Virus record (IMG/VR): IMGVR_UViG_3300047548_001122
Coordinates: 124,001-188,000 of that record
Length of the DNA: 64,000 nt
Reading direction: 5' to 3' (one strand)
Shown here: positions 18,964 through 28,329 of the stretch, one piece after another
How positions within the stretch are numbered: position 1 is the first letter of the stretch
Layout: every line of letters begins with the position of its first letter
The notes under the pieces: model-generated
What the model saw: the letters and a program-made list of their open reading frames with translations, nothing else
What the model was told of the DNA's origin: nothing
Database searches by the model: none
Position numbers and translations under genes: made by a program

Positions 18964-18991
18964 ATACCTATACGATAGAAAAGGTATCTAA

Positions 18992-21256
18992 ATGACAACT
19001 TTTACCGCAGAGACTAAATCGCAATTGGCAAAACTCCTTGCCACCGAAAACTTGCGAATTGAACACCAAAAGATTCGTACAGCCCGATTCGATCCAAAGA
19101 ATCGGGTTTTATATTGTCCTATTTGGAAAAATATGTCAGGAGCTCTTTATGATCTTTTGATGGGTCATGAAGTAGGTCACGCTTTGTACACTCCTGCTCA
19201 AGGTTGGCATGATGCGGTTTGCGAAAAGGGTAAAAACTATAAAGCATTTTTGAATGTTATTGAAGATGCTCGAATCGAAAAGAAAATCAAACGGAAATAT
19301 CCTGGTATTCGCAGGTCTTTTGTTACTGCCTATAATGAATTGATGGAAAGAAATTTCTTTGAGATTAAAGGTAAAGACATCAATAAAATGTCCTTCATTA
19401 ATCGATTGAACCTTTTCACAAAATCTTCTGGAACTATTGATATTTCTTTTACTGGTTTTGAAGAAAAACTTGTAGAAGAAGTTATGCGTTGTGAAACTTG
19501 GGATGATGTAATTCGTGTCACTGGTCTTGTTTGGGATTATTCCAAAGATGAACAGTTCGAAATGATGCAAGATTTTGATTTCGATAATTTGGAATTCGAT
19601 GAGGATGGTGAATACGAATTCGAATATGAATTGGAAGAATCTGAAGAAGGTTTCGATTCTGATGATTCGAAGAAAAATGGAAAATCATCTACTCAATCTG
19701 AAGAAAATGGTGAAGAAGGTGAGGGTTCGGGAAATTCTAATAAATTCGACACCGAATCAAATGAAGAGAGTGAAGGAGAAAGTGAATCTTTTTCGATAGT
19801 TCGTAATAAAGAATCTGCTTTAACTAACAAAGATATGTTTCAACCATTCTGTGAAACTGATGATGCGTTTCGTATGAATGAAAATACTCTGCTTGATGAA
19901 AAATGTAAAGAGTATATCTATCTTACTTTGCCTACTCCTGTTTTGAAAAATATTATTACGCCAGCTTCTCGCGTACAAAAACTTTTGGCCGATCATTACT
20001 CTAATCATTTTAACAGAAATGAATTGTTCAATAATTTCAAACGAAAAAATGAACGATACATTTCTTTGCTTGCCAAAGAATTCGAAATGAAGAAGGCGGC
20101 TTCTTGTTACGCAAAAGCTAAAACTTCAAATACAGGAGATATTGACGTATCGAAATTGTACAAATACAAAATTGATGATTCTATTTTCAAAAAGATGATG
20201 AGAATACCAAAAGGTAAATCTCACGGTTTGATTTTGCTTTTGGATAAATCAGGTTCAATGTCAAACAATATGAAAGGTTCTATTGAACAAATTCTAGTTT
20301 TGGCTATGTTCTGTAGAAAAGTAAATATTCCTTTTTCAGTTTACGGATTTGGGAATAATTCTACCGGTTATTGTATCGATAAGGAAGTTGATAACCTCGG
20401 TCGTGATGAAGAGTTTTTCAAACACAAAATTGGTGATGTTTATATGAATGCTGTATTCCTTAGAGAGTACATTAATTCTAGAATGAGTAATGTTGAATTC
20501 AACAATGCTTTGAAAAATATGGTTTGTTTGATGAATGGATTCTCACATAGGTATGGTAGAGATTATCCTCCTGTCGAATGTTTGTCGAATACACCTTTGA
20601 CTGAAGCTATTGTTGCTACCGAAGCAATCACTCAAGAATTTAGAAAAGTAAATAATCTTGATATTGTAAATCTGGTGATTGTACACGATGGTGATGCAGA
20701 TAGCATTTCTCATTATAATACTGGTCGAGATGAAGAAGGATATTCTTTGACTGGAAGATTTTCAACAAGTTATTTTAATGTTCTACTTCGTGACAATAAG
20801 ATTCATTTTGAAGATAAGTTGGAACACGATAGTTTAAATTCTGCTGTTTTGAAATGGTATAAACAAAAAACTGGTGCAAATGTTTTTGGTTTTTTTGTAA
20901 CCGATGATAATGCCAGTAGCATGAACGGTGCTATTTGTAAAAATTTCTACACTGAAAATGAAACTAAAAACTTCTATGATAGAATTGAAAATTATCATGA
21001 AAGAAAAGAAGCTGCAACAGTTCTAGTCAAAAAACTTAAAAAAGAAAAGTTTCTATTGTCGAAAAAACCAGGGTTTAAAAGCTTTTTCATTGTACCTGGG
21101 GGTAGCAATTTGCAGATTGATGATGGCGAACTTGAAATTGATGATACCAAAAAAATTACGGCAACAAAATTGACTAATGCCTTTTTGAAGTATAATAAAA
21201 AACGGCAAGTTAACCGTATTTTGGTTTCCAAATTTATTGACGGTATTGCAGTTTGA
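18992..21256 (+). CDS. CobT-like protein: HEXXH metallopeptidase-like N-domain + vWA domain
   Basis: HEVGHALYT, NVIEDARIE, acidic linker, MIDAS LLDKSGSM, NTPL, HDGD. Confidence 0.8.
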   Translation: MTTFTAETKSQLAKLLATENLRIEHQKIRTARFDPKNRVLYCPIWKNMSGALYDLLMGHEVGHALYTPAQGWHDAVCEKGKNYKAFLNVIEDARIEKKIKRKYPGIRRSFVTAYNELMERNFFEIKGKDINKMSFINRLNLFTKSSGTIDISFTGFEEKLVEEVMRCETWDDVIRVTGLVWDYSKDEQFEMMQDFDFDNLEFDEDGEYEFEYELEESEEGFDSDDSKKNGKSSTQSEENGEEGEGSGNSNKFDTESNEESEGESESFSIVRNKESALTNKDMFQPFCETDDAFRMNENTLLDEKCKEYIYLTLPTPVLKNIITPASRVQKLLADHYSNHFNRNELFNNFKRKNERYISLLAKEFEMKKAASCYAKAKTSNTGDIDVSKLYKYKIDDSIFKKMMRIPKGKSHGLILLLDKSGSMSNNMKGSIEQILVLAMFCRKVNIPFSVYGFGNNSTGYCIDKEVDNLGRDEEFFKHKIGDVYMNAVFLREYINSRMSNVEFNNALKNMVCLMNGFSHRYGRDYPPVECLSNTPLTEAIVATEAITQEFRKVNNLDIVNLVIVHDGDADSISHYNTGRDEEGYSLTGRFSTSYFNVLLRDNKIHFEDKLEHDSLNSAVLKWYKQKTGANVFGFFVTDDNASSMNGAICKNFYTENETKNFYDRIENYHERKEAATVLVKKLKKEKFLLSKKPGFKSFFIVPGGSNLQIDDGELEIDDTKKITATKLTNAFLKYNKKRQVNRILVSKFIDGIAV

Positions 21257-21257
21257 T

Positions 21258-21308
21258 GTTGTGCCGAAACAACACTGGGCTTGACTTTTTAGTTCAGTGT
21301 GTTATAAT
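21258..21308 (+). promoter_or_regulatory. Sigma70-type promoter for AAA gene with upstream palindrome
   Basis: GTTGT-N6-ACAAC then TTGACT (21281)-16 bp-TATAAT (21303); shares GGCTTGACTTTT...TGTGTTATAAT with the 18935 promoter. Confidence 0.7.
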
Positions 21309-21346
21309 GTTTGTATAAATTGATTGATCCTAACGGAGATTATATT

Positions 21347-22537
21347 ATGAGTGGTCGTAACGAAAAACGTCAAAAGTTTCTAAATGCTTTGGTATCAACA
21401 GGTGCCAAAACCGTAACGCTTGATGAAATTAAATCGATTGCAGAAGATTTGAATATTGGTGTTCCCTATTGGTATATCAATGAAGAAGAAAATCGTGTAA
21501 AGCGTGGTGTGTACAAAGTACCATCAATCAAAAATACTACTACAGTTGAAACTGTAGATATGCAAGCTCAAGTTATTCCTATGACAAAAACTGAAAATAA
21601 ATCTGCAAATAGGATTTCTTCTATTGTAACTGATCTTGAAATTGAAAACCTTGTACCCACAAAATACAAGAACTATGTTCCTTTCGGAAATTTTGAAGAT
21701 ATTGTTTCAATCATTCAATCAGAAAGTTTCTATCCAATCTTTATCACAGGTCAATCAGGTAATGGTAAAACAATGTCTGTTGAACAGGCTTGTGCCAAAC
21801 TTGGTCGAAAGTTTGTGTGTGTTTCGATGACACCTGAAACTGATGAAAGTGATTTGTTTGGTAACTTTATTCTTATCAATGGTCAAATGGAATGGCGTGA
21901 TGGTCCTGTAACTGTTGCGGCTCGTCAAGGTGCAGTTCTGTGTATCGATGAAGTTGACTATGGTGCTCAGAATCTTTCCTCTTTGCAGCGTGTACTTGAG
22001 GGTAAACCGTTTCTTCTAAAAAAGAAAAATGAACTAATTGTTCCTGCAAAAGGTTTTACCGTTGTTGCTACTGCTAATACAAAAGGTAAAGGTTCGGAAG
22101 ATGGTCGTTATATGTTTACTAACGTATTGAATGAAGCTTTCCTTGAACGTTTCTTGAATACTATGGAACAAGATTGGCCTCCAGTTAAAGTCGAACGTAA
22201 GATCATCGAAAAAGAATTGGAATCTTCGGGTCGTGCAGACAAAGAGTTTGCTGAAAAACTTGTAACGTGGGCTGATATCATTCGTAAAACCTTCATTGAA
22301 GGTGGTTGTGATGAAGTGATTTCAACTCGCCGCCTTGTGCATATCGCAAAAACTTATGGTGTTTTTGGTGATAAGATGAAGGCAATCAATTTGTGTTTGA
22401 ATCGTTTTGATGAAGATACCAAAATTTCTTTTGGTGATCTTTATACGAAAGTTGATGCGGGTGCTAATACCCAAACTATTATGGCACAAACAATTGAAGA
22501 TGTTGCACCTACGGTAAATGATGAAATTCCTTTCTAA
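21347..22537 (+). CDS. MoxR/CobS-like AAA+ ATPase
   Basis: GQSGNGKT, LCIDEVD, ATANTKGKG, NVLNEAFLERF, ISTRRLVHI; GGAG RBS before ATG 21347. Confidence 0.88.
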   Translation: MSGRNEKRQKFLNALVSTGAKTVTLDEIKSIAEDLNIGVPYWYINEEENRVKRGVYKVPSIKNTTTVETVDMQAQVIPMTKTENKSANRISSIVTDLEIENLVPTKYKNYVPFGNFEDIVSIIQSESFYPIFITGQSGNGKTMSVEQACAKLGRKFVCVSMTPETDESDLFGNFILINGQMEWRDGPVTVAARQGAVLCIDEVDYGAQNLSSLQRVLEGKPFLLKKKNELIVPAKGFTVVATANTKGKGSEDGRYMFTNVLNEAFLERFLNTMEQDWPPVKVERKIIEKELESSGRADKEFAEKLVTWADIIRKTFIEGGCDEVISTRRLVHIAKTYGVFGDKMKAINLCLNRFDEDTKISFGDLYTKVDAGANTQTIMAQTIEDVAPTVNDEIPF

Positions 22538-22553
22538 TTTGCCTGTAAAACAC

Positions 22554-22582
22554 TTGACACTACACACAGAGTATAGTATAAT
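22554..22582 (+). promoter_or_regulatory. Sigma70-type promoter
   Basis: TTGACA (22554)-17 bp-TATAAT (22577). Confidence 0.88.
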
Positions 22583-22591
22583 ATCAACATA

Positions 22592-22636
22592 ATTTGAGAG
22601 AACGGTTGCCTCTCAAATGATTTTTTAAAAGCAACC
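22592..22636 (+). promoter_or_regulatory. Pseudoknot-capable 5' leader
   Basis: 9-bp stem ATTTGAGAG/CTCTCAAAT; loop GGTTGC (22604-09) complementary to GCAACC (22631-36). Confidence 0.6.
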
Positions 22637-22662
22637 TGTATTAAAATATGGAGTATTTTGTT

Positions 22663-22935
22663 ATGTCAGTTAAATCTAAAATCCTTGCTTACCTTTCTAA
22701 AGAAGATGGTTACAACACTTTGACGCCTGCTAAGATGCAGTCAATGTTTGGTGTTTCCAATCCTTCCGCAACAATCAATGATCTCCGCAATGAAGGTCAT
22801 GCTATTTACTTGAATAGCCGTTACAACAGCAACGGAGAAAAAGTTTTCTTCTACCGTCTTGGTACTCCTACCAAGCGTATGGTCGCTGAAGGTATTGCAG
22901 CAATTCGTGCTCAAGGAGAGCGCGCATTTGCCTGA
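22663..22935 (+). CDS. Small winged helix-turn-helix protein
   Basis: KILAYLS..LTPAKMQSMFGVSNPSATINDLRNEGHAI..FYRLG; GGAG RBS at 22650. Confidence 0.65.
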   Translation: MSVKSKILAYLSKEDGYNTLTPAKMQSMFGVSNPSATINDLRNEGHAIYLNSRYNSNGEKVFFYRLGTPTKRMVAEGIAAIRAQGERAFA

Positions 22936-22966
22936 TATTTCTAAATAAAGTTTAGAAATCTCACAT

Positions 22967-22999
22967 AGAGAGGATATATATTTGTATCCTCTCTTTTTT
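22967..22999 (+). terminator. Rho-independent terminator
   Basis: AGAGAGGATA-N8-TATCCTCTCT followed by T run. Confidence 0.75.
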
Positions 23000-23018
23000 A
23001 TTATACAATGGGTAAACT

Positions 23019-23834
23019 ATGGAAATACAAATCAAACTTGAAGAATTGAAAAAGAATAAATTATTTGTTGCTACACCAATGTATGGTGGTATGAATCATG
23101 GCCTTTATGCAAAATCTTGCCTTGATTTGCAAACATTGATGATTCGATATGGCATTGACATTAAATTTTCCTTTCTCTTCAACGAATCTTTAATCACCAG
23201 AGCTCGAAATTATTTGACGGATGAATTCCTCCGTTCAGATTGTACACACATGTTGTTTTTGGATTCGGACATTCACTTCAACCCACAAGATGTTTTAGCA
23301 CTAATGGCTCTCGACAAAGATGTTATCGGAGGTCCTTATCCTAAAAAATCTATTAACTGGGGTAATATCGCTCATGCAGCACGTAAACACACTGAACTTG
23401 ATCCTAGAGAATTAGAAAATGTTGTTGGTGAATATGTGTTTAATGTTGTAAAAGGAACTCAACACTTCCAAGTTACTGAACCACTACAGGTTTTGGAAAT
23501 TGGAACTGGCTTCATGATGATTAAACGTCATGTGTTTGAAAAACTTGAGAAGGCATATCCACAACTTCGTTATAAACCAGATCATATTGGCCAAGCACAC
23601 TTTGATGGTTCACGATACATTCATGCATACTTTGATACTATCATTGACACTGTAGATTCAGCAACAGGTGGCGGATCAGATCGTTATCTAAGTGAAGATT
23701 ATATGTTCTGTCAATTGTGGCGTAAAATTGGCGGAGAAATTTATCTATGTCCTTGGATGAAAACACAACACATCGGCACATATGCATTTACAGGAAATAT
23801 GCCTAAGGTTGCTGAACTAACTGGAAAATTGTGA
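23019..23834 (+). CDS. GT-A-fold glycosyltransferase-like protein
   Basis: LFVATPMYGG, ESLITRARN, HMLFLDSDI (DxD), LSEDYMFC. Confidence 0.65.
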   Translation: MEIQIKLEELKKNKLFVATPMYGGMNHGLYAKSCLDLQTLMIRYGIDIKFSFLFNESLITRARNYLTDEFLRSDCTHMLFLDSDIHFNPQDVLALMALDKDVIGGPYPKKSINWGNIAHAARKHTELDPRELENVVGEYVFNVVKGTQHFQVTEPLQVLEIGTGFMMIKRHVFEKLEKAYPQLRYKPDHIGQAHFDGSRYIHAYFDTIIDTVDSATGGGSDRYLSEDYMFCQLWRKIGGEIYLCPWMKTQHIGTYAFTGNMPKVAELTGKL

Positions 23835-24169
23835 TGGCAATAACAAAGGAAGTGGCAAAAAGCCAAACTGCAACGACCGGTGGCCGCAAGTTTGATGGTG
23901 GTAAACTACAATATGGTTTACTACCACCACTTGCACTAAAGGCCACGGTTGACGTATTAACCTTTGGTGCGGAAAAATACGAACCTGATAATTGGAAATA
24001 TGTGCCAGATTCCAAGCGCAGGTATTTCGATGCATTACAAAGGCATATTTGGGCATGGAAAGAAGGTGAGAAAGATGATCCTGAATCTGGTAAACACCAC
24101 TTAGCACATGCGCTTTGTTGCCTCATGTTTCTATATGAACATGATATAATGTATTCTGTTGATGAATAA
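23834..24169 (+). CDS. dATP/dGTP diphosphohydrolase-like (DUF5664-type)
   Basis: GRKFDGGKLQYGLLP, LTFGAEKY..DNW, ALQRH..AW..GE..DPESGKHHLAHA. Confidence 0.82.
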   Translation: MAITKEVAKSQTATTGGRKFDGGKLQYGLLPPLALKATVDVLTFGAEKYEPDNWKYVPDSKRRYFDALQRHIWAWKEGEKDDPESGKHHLAHALCCLMFLYEHDIMYSVDE

Positions 24170-24189
24170 ACTTAATTATGGAGTAGACA

Positions 24190-24873
24190 ATGAAACTTTC
24201 AAATGATACAATCAGTGTACTAAAAAACTTTGCAACAATCAATCAAGGTATTTATTTTAAACAAGGTAAAACAATTAAAACTGTTTCACCCCAAAAGAAT
24301 ATTATGGCTGAAGTTACGGTCGATGAGGAATTTCCAATCGACTTCGGTGTATATGATCTGAATAATTTTCTTTCAGTTATTTCACTACACAAAGATGATA
24401 CAACTCTTTCCTTTAAAGACAAGAACATTTTGATCTCTGGTCTAAAAGGCAGAAGTGAAATCAAATATCGTTTTTGTGAACCGCATATGATTGTTGTTCC
24501 ACCAGAAAAGAATGTTGTTGTTCCCGATCCTGAAATCAAGTTCACATTGAACTCTGATGATTTCGATTGGATTATGCGAACAGCTGCTGTACTTTCTTCA
24601 CCACATGTTGCTGTTGAATCTGACGGTGAGAAAGTGTGTGTTACAACTTTTGATTTGCAAAATGATTCTGCACACACAAATTCTATTGAAATTGCAGAAG
24701 GCACTGGCAATAAGTATAGAATGATCTTTAGAACAGAGAATCTTAAAATTATTTCTGGTTCTTATGACGTTTCTATTTCTTCAAAGGGAATCTCACATTT
24801 CAAAAACAAGAATAGAAATATTCAATATTGGATTACAACCGAAACTGGTTCCAAATTTGAAAAAGTAAACTAA
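24190..24873 (+). CDS. gp45: Sliding clamp
   Basis: MKLSNDTISVLKNFATINQGI, FGVYDLNNFLSVISL, ENLKII.GSYDV. Confidence 0.95.
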   Translation: MKLSNDTISVLKNFATINQGIYFKQGKTIKTVSPQKNIMAEVTVDEEFPIDFGVYDLNNFLSVISLHKDDTTLSFKDKNILISGLKGRSEIKYRFCEPHMIVVPPEKNVVVPDPEIKFTLNSDDFDWIMRTAAVLSSPHVAVESDGEKVCVTTFDLQNDSAHTNSIEIAEGTGNKYRMIFRTENLKIISGSYDVSISSKGISHFKNKNRNIQYWITTETGSKFEKVN

Positions 24874-24916
24874 TTAATACTTGCTTTTTTTATTATGATT
24901 TATGTGAAAGGTAGTT

Positions 24917-25849
24917 ATGGAACAAGTATTGTGGACGGAACGGTATCGCCCAAACACGGTCGAGGATTGTATTCTCCCCGACCGTTTAAAAAAACCATTT
25001 CAAGAATACGTCAATCAGAAAACTATTCCGAACCTACTATTGAGTGGTGGAGCAGGAGTAGGCAAAACGACCGTAGCCAAAGCAATGTGCAAAGAGATCG
25101 GTTGCGACTACATGATAATCAATGGTTCTGATGAATCGGGTATTGATACATTTAGAACGAAGATAAAACATTATGCCTCAGCAATGTCTTTTGCTGGCGG
25201 CAGAAAAGTTATTATCATTGATGAAGCCGATTATCTAAACCCAAACTCAACCCAACCAGCATTGCGAAATGCTATCGAAGAGTTTGCTGGTAATTGTTCG
25301 TTCATTTTTACATGTAATTACAAAACTCGCATTATAGAACCACTACACAGTCGTTGTGCTGTGATTGATTTTGGTTTGAAGAATGGTGAGAAGGTAAAAC
25401 TCGCTTCTCTTTTTCATAAGAGAATTGAGTCGATTTTGCAAAGTGAAAAAGTTGAGTTTGATAAGTCAGTTGTTGCCGAATTAATCAAAAAACACTTTCC
25501 AGATTTTCGTCGTGTTATAAATGAACTGCAACGTTATTCACAGTTTGGTAAAATCGATACTGGTATTCTTGCACAGATCGGTGATGTTTCAACTAAAGAG
25601 TTGGTGAAACATATATCCTCCAAAGATTTCGGCGCGATTCGTAAATGGGTTGCGACCACAGAAATTGATGGTAATACATTGTTCAGAAAAATCTATGATG
25701 CAATGTATGATGTTTTGAAACCTACGTCGATACCTAAAGCAGTTCTAATTTTGGCTGACTATCAATACAAACAAGCATTCGTTGCAGATCAGGAAATTAA
25801 TATGGTCGCTTGTTTAACTGAATTGATGGTCGAATGTGAGTTTGCATGA
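24917..25849 (+). CDS. gp44: Clamp loader ATPase subunit
   Basis: LWTERYRP, GGAGVGKTT, IIIDEAD, SRC, FPDFRR. Confidence 0.97.
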   Translation: MEQVLWTERYRPNTVEDCILPDRLKKPFQEYVNQKTIPNLLLSGGAGVGKTTVAKAMCKEIGCDYMIINGSDESGIDTFRTKIKHYASAMSFAGGRKVIIIDEADYLNPNSTQPALRNAIEEFAGNCSFIFTCNYKTRIIEPLHSRCAVIDFGLKNGEKVKLASLFHKRIESILQSEKVEFDKSVVAELIKKHFPDFRRVINELQRYSQFGKIDTGILAQIGDVSTKELVKHISSKDFGAIRKWVATTEIDGNTLFRKIYDAMYDVLKPTSIPKAVLILADYQYKQAFVADQEINMVACLTELMVECEFA

Positions 25850-26130
25850 ATGGAGAAACAAATGCTGTTTTCAAATGGATACGTGATGACTTTAATTCCT
25901 ATCCTTCTCGCTTTGCTGCCGAGTTTATTGCTTGGGTTATTAGCATCGGGTGTAGTCTTACTATGGCACTTACCGTACCGAATCCTCCCCTTCTGGTTTT
26001 ATATCCTTTTTGGATTACTGGTTGTGTTATCTATGCTTGGGCTGCTTATAGCAGGAGATCGTTTGGTATGCTTGCGAACTATTTGTTGATTGTTACAATC
26101 GATACTATTGGTTTGATAAGGATGTTATAA
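25846..26130 (+). CDS. Small membrane protein
   Basis: About three hydrophobic segments; ATGA overlap with gp44. Confidence 0.6.
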   Translation: MNGETNAVFKWIRDDFNSYPSRFAAEFIAWVISIGCSLTMALTVPNPPLLVLYPFWITGCVIYAWAAYSRRSFGMLANYLLIVTIDTIGLIRML

Positions 26131-26131
26131 T

Positions 26132-27298
26132 ATGGAAGATACTGATTTTAATTCTTTTTCCAATAAACTTAGAAGAATTGGAAGAAAGTTTAAGTATAAA
26201 CGAAAACACAATCAAAGAAAACAAGGTGAAAGAAAACATATGGACAGAAATTTTAGTGATGGTCTAAATTGTAATGATGATGATATTGTCACACTTGCAG
26301 GTGTAGAAGATCGTTCTGAATTCTTTTTGAGTGGTGTATCGTTAAACGACCATTACATTTCTAAAATTGTGAATGAGAGAACTCGTCTAAAGAAAAGTAC
26401 AATTACATTCAGAGAATCGTTTATTTCCGATCATAAATCTTGGACAAAATTTTCAAGAGAAACGTATAAAGATTTACAAATCATTGAATTTAGTTCCGAT
26501 GCTGGAATGATTATTGACAATTTGAGTGTATGTTTTATTGATTATTCGGTTAATTCAAACGCTGTAGATGTTAAAGTTTATGGTGATAAAGAATTTGTGG
26601 AGTTTCATCATAAACTTTTACATAAGAATTTTAATACTTCTAAATCTAACATAGAATGGATGTATTCTGGTGATGGAAGTTCAGTGAGTATTCCACTATC
26701 ATCGGAAAAATTACCAGTAACAGAAATGTATCCTTTTCTAAAAGATGAAACTGTAGAAGAATATTATGATAGATATATGAACTCTTCTGCTTCGATTTTG
26801 CTTTTGATTGGACCACCAGGTACCGGTAAAACAACTTTCATTAGAGGTCTGTTGCACTATACTGGTAAAAACGCACTTGTTACTTATGATGAAAAACTTC
26901 TAGAAAAAGATTATGTGTTTGCTAGATTTCTGGAAGATGATGCCAACTTTATGATTATTGAAGATGCTGATAATTTTATCATCTCAAGAAAAGAAGGTAA
27001 TACGATGATGCATCGATTCTTGAATGTTGGTGACGGTCTTGTTGGTGTAAAAGGTAAAAAATTAATTTTCTCTACGAATCTACCTTCTATTGATGATATT
27101 GATTCTGCTTTGATTCGTCCTGGCCGTTGCTTTGATATTCTTCATTTCGATAACTATACTGAAGAACAGGCTAAGAACATTTCTAAAAAACTCAATATTG
27201 AATTGGTTAAGAAAGATAATGGAACTTATTCTTTGGCGGAAGTATTTCATAATGAAATTAAAGCACCAAAAAATACGAAAAAAATGGGTTTTTATTGA
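26132..27298 (+). CDS. AAA+ ATPase (BCS1/FtsH-like AAA module)
   Basis: GPPGTGKTT, IIEDAD, IFSTN, DSALIRPGRCF. Confidence 0.85.
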   Translation: MEDTDFNSFSNKLRRIGRKFKYKRKHNQRKQGERKHMDRNFSDGLNCNDDDIVTLAGVEDRSEFFLSGVSLNDHYISKIVNERTRLKKSTITFRESFISDHKSWTKFSRETYKDLQIIEFSSDAGMIIDNLSVCFIDYSVNSNAVDVKVYGDKEFVEFHHKLLHKNFNTSKSNIEWMYSGDGSSVSIPLSSEKLPVTEMYPFLKDETVEEYYDRYMNSSASILLLIGPPGTGKTTFIRGLLHYTGKNALVTYDEKLLEKDYVFARFLEDDANFMIIEDADNFIISRKEGNTMMHRFLNVGDGLVGVKGKKLIFSTNLPSIDDIDSALIRPGRCFDILHFDNYTEEQAKNISKKLNIELVKKDNGTYSLAEVFHNEIKAPKNTKKMGFY

Positions 27299-27681
27299 TG
27301 AGTCCCTTTGATTATGTTAATCAGATTCTACAGGGTAAGAAGAATCTGATTGTGGATGAAATTACTGAGAAAGACTATTCTCCGTTTCTGACAAACCGCA
27401 GTCTATCCTACCATATGGACTGTCTTATGTTTGCGAATGAGATGAACACCCGCCATTTTGTTGACAAAAAACTTCAGAATGATTTTTTACTAAATACCAT
27501 ACGGTCAAGAAAAAGACCGTTTGCGAAGTGGGCTAAGTCTGAAAAAAGCGAAGATATAGAATGTATTAAACATTACTTCAATGTATCAGATTCTAAGGCT
27601 TTAGAAATCTCCCGTCTACTAAGCAAAGAACAAATCCAAGCCCTAAAACAAAAAATAGAAACCGGTGGATTGAGGAAATAA
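27295..27681 (+). CDS. gp62: Clamp loader small subunit
   Basis: SPFDYVN, YSPFLTNRSLSY..D...ANEMN; precedes regA. Confidence 0.9.
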   Translation: MMSPFDYVNQILQGKKNLIVDEITEKDYSPFLTNRSLSYHMDCLMFANEMNTRHFVDKKLQNDFLLNTIRSRKRPFAKWAKSEKSEDIECIKHYFNVSDSKALEISRLLSKEQIQALKQKIETGGLRK

Positions 27682-27682
27682 A

Positions 27683-28084
27683 ATGGTAGATATTAATAAA
27701 TTCGTAGAAGTTCAATTGGTAGAACAAGATGATTTTCTAAAGGTCAGAGAAACCTTAACCAGAATTGGTGTATCGTCAAGAAAAGAGAGAATTCTTTATC
27801 AGTCATGTCATATCTTGCACAAGCAAGGTAAATATTATATTGTACATTTTAAAGAATTGTTTGCTCTTGATGGTAAACCTTCAAATATTACAGAGAATGA
27901 TATACAAAGACGTAATGCTATCGCCAACCTTTTAGAAGAATGGGGATTAGTAAAAATCATGAACAAGAAAGTTATGGAAGATAACTTAGCACCAATACAT
28001 CAAATTAAAATTATTTCCTTCAAGGAAAAAGATGATTGGGAATTAATACCAAAATACAATATAGGTAAAAAAGAAAAGATTTAA
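27683..28084 (+). CDS. regA: Translational repressor RegA
   Basis: DDFLKVRETLTRIG, LYQSCHILHKQGKYYIVHFKELFALDG. Confidence 0.97.
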   Translation: MVDINKFVEVQLVEQDDFLKVRETLTRIGVSSRKERILYQSCHILHKQGKYYIVHFKELFALDGKPSNITENDIQRRNAIANLLEEWGLVKIMNKKVMEDNLAPIHQIKIISFKEKDDWELIPKYNIGKKEKI

Positions 28085-28093
28085 GAAAAAGTC

Positions 28094-28122
28094 TTGACAT
28101 AATATAAATATTGTTGTATAAT
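28094..28122 (+). promoter_or_regulatory. Composite sigma70 + late promoter
   Basis: TTGACA (28094)-17 bp-TATAAT (28117) with TATAAATA (28103-28110) inside the spacer. Confidence 0.8.
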
Positions 28123-28146
28123 TGTGAAAAACGTTATGGTGTTATC

Positions 28147-28329
28147 ATGAAAGAAAAAAAGATTCGACTGATAAATAAATATACAAAAGAGATTGTATAT
28201 ACAAGGGATTACGATAATGTAGTTAAAGAGGGTGTGAATGAATTCATACAAGTCTTTAATGAAAGTAATCCCCAAAGAACTTATCTTGTCAATAGAGAAG
28301 CCTTTACTATTGACAAGAATAAGTCGTGA
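28147..28329 (+). CDS. Small hypothetical protein
   Basis: 60-aa ORF downstream of the composite promoter. Confidence 0.5.
   Translation: MKEKKIRLINKYTKEIVYTRDYDNVVKEGVNEFIQVFNESNPQRTYLVNREAFTIDKNKS

Noticed and set aside
18992-22537. Cobalamin biosynthesis (cobS/cobT)
   Set aside because: No CobN or other cob genes; generic MoxR/vWA interpretation is better supported
23834-24169. Z-genome or 7-deazaguanine pathway
   Set aside because: No PurZ, QueC/D/E, FolE or DpdA-like gene in this window; the hydrolase alone is insufficient
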